From Phycisphaera mikurensis NBRC 102666 (GTDB lineage Bacteria; Planctomycetota; Phycisphaerae; Phycisphaerales; Phycisphaeraceae), in contig NC_017080.1 of assembly GCF_000284115.1 (NCBI RefSeq), positions 3,330,001-3,362,000 of the forward strand: DNA of 32,000 nt, written 5' to 3'. This document shows, piece by piece, positions 26,265-32,000 of the stretch (position 1 is its first letter; the number at the start of each line of letters is the position of its first letter). Made by a program: the position numbers and the translations under genes. The notes beneath the pieces are model-generated. The model was not told where the DNA came from. It made no database searches and worked only from the letters and a program-made list of their open reading frames with translations.

Positions 26265-26347
26265 CGAAGGTGTCAGGTACCTTCGTCCCTGACGCTGCGG
26301 CCGGATCGGGAGCGGGCGGACGCGGATGAAGGTACCTGACACCTTCG
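26265..26347. repeat. REP-like head-to-head hairpin pair
   Basis: Left cgaaggtgtcaggtaccttc (26265-26284) is the exact reverse complement of gaaggtacctgacaccttcg (26328-26347), with a 43-nt spacer; each arm also folds on itself (GAAGGT-7nt-ACCTTC). Confidence 0.65.
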
Positions 26348-26363
26348 CCGCGCCGCGGGACGA

Positions 26364-26966
26364 TCAGAACTTCACGGCCGGCGCTTCCCGCTTCACGCTC
26401 TCCTCGATCTCCAGGTACTCCGCGTCCTGGAAACCCGCCACGCCGGCGATCAGCACCGGCGGGATCGTCTTCTTGTAGGTCTGGTAGGAGTTCACCGAAT
26501 CGTTGTACGCCTGCCGGGCGAAGGCGACCTTGTTCTCGGTGCTGGTCAGCTCTTCGGTGAGCTGCATCATGTTCTGGTTCGCCTTGAGCTCGGGGTAGGC
26601 CTCGGAGACCATCATCAGCTTCCCGAGCGCCTGCGTGAGCTGGCCCTCGGCGGCGCCGAGCTCCTGCATCGCGCCGCCGTTGGTCGGATCGCCGGCGACG
26701 TGCACGCGGGCCTGGGTGGCGGACGCGCGGGCGGAGGTCACCGCGTCGAGCGTCTCCTTCTCGTGCGCCATGTAGCCCTTCGCCGTCTCCACGAGGTTGG
26801 GGATCAGGTCGTAGCGCCGCTCCAGCTGGACATCGATCTGCGCGAAGCCGTTCTTGGTCCGCTCGTAGAGCGTCGTCAGCCTGTTGTAGATGCCCATCGC
26901 CCAGAACGCGAGGATGGCCAGCAGCACGGCGGCGACGACGAGCACGATGATCAGAGTGGTTCCCAT
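26364..26966 (-). CDS. lemA: LemA family protein
   Basis: 200 aa: NRLTTLYERTKNGFAQIDVQLERRYDLIPNLVETAKGYMAHEKETLDAVTSARA...AYPELKANQNMMQLTEELTSTENKVAFARQAYNDSV. Confidence 0.95.
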   Translation of the reverse strand: MGTTLIIVLVVAAVLLAILAFWAMGIYNRLTTLYERTKNGFAQIDVQLERRYDLIPNLVETAKGYMAHEKETLDAVTSARASATQARVHVAGDPTNGGAMQELGAAEGQLTQALGKLMMVSEAYPELKANQNMMQLTEELTSTENKVAFARQAYNDSVNSYQTYKKTIPPVLIAGVAGFQDAEYLEIEESVKREAPAVKF

Positions 26967-27030
26967 GTTCTGGAGCGTAGAGGGGGGGGGAAGCCACGGG
27001 GCGGAGCGACGCGGCGGGGGGTTCTCGAGC

Positions 27031-27188
27031 GGAGGCGCTGCAGGGTCCGCGAAGGTCGTGCGGGGCGGGTCGGACCGGGGTTGGGTGAGAGACGAAGCGA
27101 CGCAGCGGGAGGTCTTCGTACGGAGGCGCTGCAGGGTCCGCGACGGGAGTGCGCGGCGGCTTGGGCCGGCGCTGGGTGAGAGACGAAG
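27031..27188. repeat. Imperfect tandem duplication, period 91 nt
   Basis: ggaggcgctgcagggtccgcga at 27031-27052 and 27122-27143; tgggtgagagacgaag at 27082-27097 and 27173-27188; both pairs offset by 91 nt. Confidence 0.7.
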
Positions 27189-27240
27189 TCAGCAAGAGAG
27201 ACTGCCGAGCGGAGCGACGGCGCGTCCTGTCTGTCTTCGT

Positions 27241-27272
27241 CTCTCCGTCTCTCCGTCTCTCCATCTCTTCCC
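27241..27272. repeat. 8-mer microsatellite (ctctccgt)n
   Basis: ctctccgt ctctccgt ctctccat ctcttccc: two exact units and two degenerate ones. Confidence 0.7.
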
Positions 27273-27360
27273 CGCTCCGCCCCGCCTCTGCGTCCCCTCC
27301 GGCGCGGCATACGATTCCGTGTTCTCCCCACCCCCCTGCCCCCCCAAGGACCACCCCGCC

Positions 27361-28161
27361 ATGTTCGGCAACCCTGCGCTCAACGACAACACCTTCGACC
27401 GCGACGTCGACCGCTACCGCCCCGGCGGGATCCGGGAGGAGGCCGAGGCCCAGCCGGACGCGATGACCGTGCAGGGCACCGTTTACAAGACGGCGATCCT
27501 GCTGGGCCTCGCGATCTGCACCGGCGTCTTCACGTGGAACCAGACGATGGCGGCGGGCAGCCCGCCGGCGATGTACCTGCTCGTCGGCGGCATCGGCGGC
27601 TTCATCGCGGCGCTGGTGACGATCTTCAAGCAGACCTGGGCCCCGGTCACCGCCCCGATCTACGCCCTGCTCACCGGGCTCATGCTCGGCGGCGTGTCCG
27701 CGATCTACCAGCTCAACTTCGGCGGGCAGCACGTCAACGGCTTCTCGCTGAACGGCATCGTCGGGCAGGCGATCGGCCTCACGGTGGGCGTCACCGCCGC
27801 GATGCTGATCCTCTACACCTTCCGCATCATCAAGGTGACCGAGAAGCTGCGGGCCGGGATCCTGATGGCGATCGTCGGGGCGGTGGGCTTCAACCTCGTC
27901 GCGTACCTCATCCTCCCGCTGTTCGGCGTGGACACCGCCGCCGTCACCGGCAGCGGCCCGCTGGCGATCGGCATCTCCGTGGTCATCTGCGGCGTCGCGG
28001 CCTTCAGCCTGCTGATGGACTTCGACCTCATCGAGCGCGGGGCCGCCTCGGGCGCCCCCAAGCACATGGAGTGGTACGGCGCCTTCGCCCTGATGGTCAC
28101 GCTCGTTTGGCTCTACCTCGAGCTCCTCCGCCTGCTCTCCAAGCTTCAATCCCGGGATTGA
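27361..28161 (+). CDS. Bax inhibitor-1/YccA-like integral membrane protein
   Basis: ATG at 27361 with AAGGA SD at 27346; 266 aa with about seven hydrophobic segments; MFGNPALNDNTFDR N-terminus, TWAPVTAPIYALLTGLMLGGVSAIY, DFDLIERG. Confidence 0.85.
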   Translation: MFGNPALNDNTFDRDVDRYRPGGIREEAEAQPDAMTVQGTVYKTAILLGLAICTGVFTWNQTMAAGSPPAMYLLVGGIGGFIAALVTIFKQTWAPVTAPIYALLTGLMLGGVSAIYQLNFGGQHVNGFSLNGIVGQAIGLTVGVTAAMLILYTFRIIKVTEKLRAGILMAIVGAVGFNLVAYLILPLFGVDTAAVTGSGPLAIGISVVICGVAAFSLLMDFDLIERGAASGAPKHMEWYGAFALMVTLVWLYLELLRLLSKLQSRD

Positions 28162-28175
28162 ACTGCGCTGATCGA

Positions 28176-28193
28176 GGCCCGCTTCCGCGGGCC
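28176..28193. terminator. Hairpin downstream of YccA-like gene
   Basis: ggcccgc-ttcc-gcgggcc, 7-bp perfect stem, 14 nt after the stop. No T-tract. Confidence 0.4.
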
Positions 28194-28309
28194 GGATCGC
28201 CCGGGAGCCGGAGCGGGTGCGGCACGGGCTCGATCCGGGTGGATCTCGAACCGTCGGCGAGGCTCGCACTCAATTCGACATCGATAAAGATGCCGGTTTA
28301 ACCTCCGGC

Positions 28310-31138
28310 ATGCACCTCTCCCGCTTCTGCTCGCTCGGACTCCTCGCCGCCGCCGCCTCTCCGGCCGCGGCGGCCGGGCTCGATGACCTGCTCCAGGACC
28401 TCGCCTCGGCGGGGGCGGAGGTGTCGACCCTGCCGGACCTCGGCGGGAGCGAGGCGCTGGCGGAGGCGCTCGCGGGCAAGCGGCGGCGGGCGGTGCAAAA
28501 GGTGGCCGAGGGCCTCAACGCCGCGGTGTACGCCGGCGGCGGCGAGACGCTGGTCGTGCTCGCGGTGGCGCCCGATGCGGTCGCCGGGTACCTGCTCCCC
28601 GGCGGGGAGCGGCTGGCGTTCCGATCGCTCGGCGGCGAGGCGCTCCAGCCCGGCGGCTTGCTCGACCGGCGGGTGGTCTTCGCGACGAGCCCACGCGACT
28701 GGGACGGGCTCCAGTACTACACCCAGCTCTCGCCGGCGAACCCCGAGCCCGTGGAGGTGACCGGGGCGGCGGTGGACGAGTCGGTCGCGTTCTCGGTGGT
28801 GCGGGTCTCGGCGGCGGGCGGCGCGGGCGCCGTGGCGACGCTGCGGGAGGGGCTGGAGGCGGCCGCGGATCGGCTCGCCGCCGGCGAGCACGTGCGGGTG
28901 GAGGTGTCGCCGGGCCTGTACCGCGAGGGCGGGCTCTCGCTGCCGGGCAACCTCGGCGACGACGCGGCCGGCACGCTGGTGATCGAGGGCGTCGGCCCGG
29001 GCGAGGCGGTGATCACCGGCGCCGACGTCTTCTCGGGCGGCTGGACCGAGGTGCCGGACCACCCCGGCGTGTGGTCGAAGCCGTGGCCGCACCGCTTCGG
29101 CATGGGCGGCCAGCCGTGGGCCCGCTGGGGCTACCTGCTGCCCGCGGAGGCGTGCCGGGCCGAGGTGATCACCGTCGACGGCGAGCTGTACCTGCCGGTG
29201 ATGCTCGAGAAGTTCGCGTGGTCCGACCCCGACGGGGCGGTGCCGCTGGACGGCTTCGCCGACGGCACGAACCAGCCGGGCCGGTGGGAGCCGTCCGGCG
29301 TGCGCTCGCCCGAGGACCTGCCCGAGGGCGCGTACGGCGTGGTGGAGGCGGAGGGAACCGTGTACCTGCGTCCGCCGGCGGGCACCGACCTCAACGCCGC
29401 GGCCGTGGAGTCCGGGGTCCGGCCGCGGCTGCTCTCGCTCCTGGATCGGAGGGACACGGTGCTGCGGAACCTGACCTTCCGGCACGCCGCCCACCACGTG
29501 GGTGGGGCGCCCGACGGCTCGCGCGACCGGGCGGTGGAGCTCGGCGGCCGCAATCTGGTGGTCGAGAACTGCCGCTTCGAGGAGAACGCGGCCTTCGGGC
29601 TCGCGCTCGGCCGGGCGGTGGCCGACACCACGATCCGCGGGAGCGCCTTCAACGCCAACGGCTGGAAGGGGCTCGGCGGCGGCTTCCTGCCCGAGAACGT
29701 GCTCTTCGACGGCAACGAGAGCTCGTCGAACAACTGGCGTGGGCACATGGGCGGCGAGCACAGCTGGGACGCCGCGGCCGTCAAGGTCTTCGGCGTGAAC
29801 TCCGCCCGGGGCATCGCGATCCGGGGGCACCGCAGCTTCGCGAATCTCACGCACGGGTTCTGGCTGGACCAGTCCTTCGTGCCCTACGCGCCGGTGGAGA
29901 TCTCCGACGGCCGCTTCGTGGACAACCGCTTCGGGGCGGAGCTGTACCTGGAGAAGCTGACCGGCCCGGTCGAGATCGAGCGGAACCTCGTGGACAATGC
30001 CAGCGGGCTCTACGGCGTCAACGGCACCTCGTGGAACCTGCACTTCCGCGGCAACGTGCTGGCGGCGAGCGGCGACCGGACGGTGTTCTTCCTGCACCGG
30101 CGCGGCAACGAGAGCGACTACGCCAACGCCTCCCGCGACTGGATCGTGGCGGACAACCGCATCGAGGCGGCGACGCCGGACGCGTCGGTCTACCTGCAGG
30201 GCAGCACGCCCGGCCAGTACGCCGAGTTCGTGGCGACCTACCGGGGCAGCGGCAACCTCTACGTGCGGCCCGGGGGCAGCCGGCCCTTCGTCGGGACGGA
30301 CGGCCGGCCGATCGACCTCCACGGCTGGCGGGCGCTGACCGGGCAGGAGGAGGGCTCCGCCGCGGTCGCGCCCGGCGAGGGCCCGGCCGCCCGGATCGAA
30401 CTCTCCGCGGAGGACCGGCGGCGGCTCGCGGCCGCCAACGCCCGCACCGACCGCTTCCTCGCGATCGCGGCCGCGGTGGAGGCGTCGAGCGGCCCGCCCT
30501 TCGAGCGGATCACGCGAGCGGTCGGCAACAACGTCCAGCCGGTGAGCCTCGCCGGGCGGGCGAACCGGGCGCTGCTCGGCGGGGACGCCTGGATCGGCGG
30601 CGGCATGCAGCTCAACCAGCTCGGCGGCGGCCGGAGCGTGTTCGCGGGCGTGCCGTTCGACGTCGCCGACCCGGCGGGCGGAGCGGAGGTGGCGATCGCG
30701 CTGCGCAGCGAGAAGCTGCCGGGGGTCGCTCGCGCGGTGGAGGTGCCGATCGGCGGCCGCGTCGAGGCCGTCTACGTGCTGCATGGGGCCGGCTGGGTGG
30801 ACGACGATCCGGCGCCCGTGGGCGCGTACGAGCTGATCTACGACGACGTCGACGAGGACGCGGCGGGCCTGGTGATCGGCTCGGGCGGTCCGGGCGGCCC
30901 GGCGGCGAACACGGAGCCGCTGGTGGGCGACTGGTACGGAAGCTTCCAACCCTTCGACGGGCGGAAGGTGCGGCACGCGCGCCTGCCGGCCAACGAGGCG
31001 GGCGTGGCGGCGAACCTCTACATCGTCGAGATCGTGAACCCGCGGCCGGACCGCGCGGTGCGCAGCCTCCGGCTGCGGAGCTTCGAGGGGCGGGACCCGA
31101 CGCTGGTCGTGCTGGGCGTCACGGCGCTGCGCCGGTGA
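28310..31138 (+). CDS. Secreted right-handed parallel beta-helix repeat protein
   Basis: Signal peptide MHLSRFCSLGLLAAAASPAAAA; repeated short coils such as NLVVENCRFEENAAFGLALG, TTIRGSAFNANGWKGLGG, GIAIRGHRSFANLTHGFWLD, VEISDGRFVDNRFGAELYLE, VEIERNLVDNASGLYGVNG. Confidence 0.8.
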   Translation: MHLSRFCSLGLLAAAASPAAAAGLDDLLQDLASAGAEVSTLPDLGGSEALAEALAGKRRRAVQKVAEGLNAAVYAGGGETLVVLAVAPDAVAGYLLPGGERLAFRSLGGEALQPGGLLDRRVVFATSPRDWDGLQYYTQLSPANPEPVEVTGAAVDESVAFSVVRVSAAGGAGAVATLREGLEAAADRLAAGEHVRVEVSPGLYREGGLSLPGNLGDDAAGTLVIEGVGPGEAVITGADVFSGGWTEVPDHPGVWSKPWPHRFGMGGQPWARWGYLLPAEACRAEVITVDGELYLPVMLEKFAWSDPDGAVPLDGFADGTNQPGRWEPSGVRSPEDLPEGAYGVVEAEGTVYLRPPAGTDLNAAAVESGVRPRLLSLLDRRDTVLRNLTFRHAAHHVGGAPDGSRDRAVELGGRNLVVENCRFEENAAFGLALGRAVADTTIRGSAFNANGWKGLGGGFLPENVLFDGNESSSNNWRGHMGGEHSWDAAAVKVFGVNSARGIAIRGHRSFANLTHGFWLDQSFVPYAPVEISDGRFVDNRFGAELYLEKLTGPVEIERNLVDNASGLYGVNGTSWNLHFRGNVLAASGDRTVFFLHRRGNESDYANASRDWIVADNRIEAATPDASVYLQGSTPGQYAEFVATYRGSGNLYVRPGGSRPFVGTDGRPIDLHGWRALTGQEEGSAAVAPGEGPAARIELSAEDRRRLAAANARTDRFLAIAAAVEASSGPPFERITRAVGNNVQPVSLAGRANRALLGGDAWIGGGMQLNQLGGGRSVFAGVPFDVADPAGGAEVAIALRSEKLPGVARAVEVPIGGRVEAVYVLHGAGWVDDDPAPVGAYELIYDDVDEDAAGLVIGSGGPGGPAANTEPLVGDWYGSFQPFDGRKVRHARLPANEAGVAANLYIVEIVNPRPDRAVRSLRLRSFEGRDPTLVVLGVTALRR

Positions 31139-31140
31139 TC

Positions 31141-31192
31141 GATCCGCGGACCGCCGGCGATTCGGCCCCCGAGCGGCCGCGGTCCGCGGATC
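31141..31192. terminator. Copy B of dispersed hairpin family CCGCGGACCG-N26-CGGTCCGCGG
   Basis: gatccgcggaccgc (31141-31154) / gcggtccgcggatc (31179-31192): 14-bp perfect stem immediately after the TGA of the beta-helix gene. Confidence 0.6.
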
Positions 31193-31301
31193 ACCCGCCG
31201 GCGGCGCCGATCGACGTGGCCGGGGGTCGCGGGCGGCCACGGGGCGGGCGTCGCACCCGCAGCGTGATCCGCTCGCACGCCCGGTCCCCCGAGGGCCCGT
31301 G

Positions 31302-32000
31302 TCAGACCGCTCGCGGGTGGGCCTGGGCGTAGGCGGTCCGCATCCGCATGGTGGACAGGTGCGTGTAGACCTGGGTCGTCGACAGGGACTGGTGCCCGAG
31401 CAGCTCCTGCACGCTTCGGAGGTCGGCCCCGTTGTCGAGGAGGTGGGTGGCGAAGCTGTGCCGCAGGGTGTGCGGCGAGATGCCCGGGTCCATGCCGGCG
31501 CCGACGAGGTACTTGTCGAGCTTGCGGCGGACGCTGCGGCTGGACAGCCGGCCGCCGTTCTTGTTGATGAAGACCGGCACCGCGGCGGTGCGGTCGCTCT
31601 CCCGGCGGAGCTTGGCGAAGCGGGGGTCGGGCTCGAGCAGCGTCATGTAGTGGCGGATCGCGGCGAGGGCGTGGCTGCCCAGCGGCACGATCCGCTCCTT
31701 CTTGCCCTTGCCGCGGATGTGCATCGTCTGCTCCGCCATCGAGACGTCGCCGCGGTCCAGCTGCACGAGCTCGCTCACGCGGACGCCGGTGGAGTAAAGC
31801 GTCTCGAGGATCGCCCGGTCGCGGGCGCCCAGCGTCTCGCGGTTGTCGGGAGCCGCCAGCAGCGCCTCCACCTGCTCGACGTTGATGGCCTTGGGCAGCC
31901 GCTTCGCCTGCTTGGGGCTGCGGATGAGCAGCATCGGGTTGACCTGGTCGGGGTCGATGCCCGACAGCCACTTGTAGAAGCTCCGCAGCGTGGCGACCTT
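31302..32000 (-). CDS. xerC: Tyrosine recombinase XerC/XerD-type, N-terminus beyond window edge
   Basis: The frame stays open to base 32000 (KVATLRSFYKWLSGIDPDQVNPMLLIRSPKQAKRLPKA); catalytic motifs LYSTGVRVSEL, HTLRHSFATHLLDNGADLRSVQELLGHQSLSTTQVYTH. Confidence 0.9.
   Translation of the reverse strand, partial: KVATLRSFYKWLSGIDPDQVNPMLLIRSPKQAKRLPKAINVEQVEALLAAPDNRETLGARDRAILETLYSTGVRVSELVQLDRGDVSMAEQTMHIRGKGKKERIVPLGSHALAAIRHYMTLLEPDPRFAKLRRESDRTAAVPVFINKNGGRLSSRSVRRKLDKYLVGAGMDPGISPHTLRHSFATHLLDNGADLRSVQELLGHQSLSTTQVYTHLSTMRMRTAYAQAHPRAV

Noticed and set aside
27325-27345. C-rich run upstream of the YccA-like gene as a phase-variable homopolymer
   Set aside because: The runs are interrupted (ccccacccccctgccccccc) and lie before a good AAGGA ribosome-binding site; no frame effect would result.
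1-32000. CRISPR array, tRNA, rRNA, prophage, complete IS element or retron-like element
   Set aside because: No regularly spaced direct repeats, no tRNA-like cloverleaf or CCA-ended motif noticed in the short intergenic gaps, and no transposase or phage structural genes. Reading by eye cannot exclude small ncRNAs.
31302-32000. XerC/XerD-type gene as an integron or phage integrase
   Set aside because: The visible sequence matches housekeeping Xer recombinases (SFYKWL...NP...RLPKA; HTLRHSFATHLL) and no att site, cassette array or phage genes are adjacent.

Overview
High-GC (about 70%+) chromosomal window; the gene content looks like a planctomycete/Phycisphaerae-type genome, but taxonomy is inference only. 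From left to right it holds: the 3' part of a type I restriction HsdR subunit; a formylglycine-type sulfatase; an ABC-2-type permease; a DinB-like protein; an LCAT/alpha-beta-hydrolase-like (lipo)protein; an orphan MacB/LolD-type ABC ATPase; a ~12-kb minus-strand locus; an MFS transporter; aat; a LysM lipoprotein; an M48 protease with a LemA protein; a Bax-inhibitor/YccA-like membrane protein; a secreted parallel beta-helix protein; and the C-terminal part of a XerC/XerD-type recombinase. The minus-strand locus (about 9.1-21.5 kb) is the most system-like element. It encodes a histidine kinase, a STAS-domain protein, GspE/PilB with an MshEN-like N-terminus, GspF/PilC, a GspL-like PilM-PilN fusion, a PilO/GspM-like protein, a PilP/GspC-like protein, a GspG-like pseudopilin, three further prepilin-like proteins, a PilX/GspK-like protein and a lone receiver-domain regulator. 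Most of these genes are chained by 4-nt NTGA stop/start overlaps. Two of the minor pseudopilin-like proteins carry large predicted beta-sandwich/carbohydrate-binding-like C-terminal regions. Non-coding structure of note: a dispersed hairpin CCGCGGACCG-N26-CGGTCCGCGG found three times with exactly the same spacer; a REP-like inverted pair between the LemA and M48 genes; and a 91-nt-period duplication plus an 8-mer microsatellite between lemA and the YccA-like gene. No tRNA, rRNA, CRISPR array or complete mobile element was recognised.
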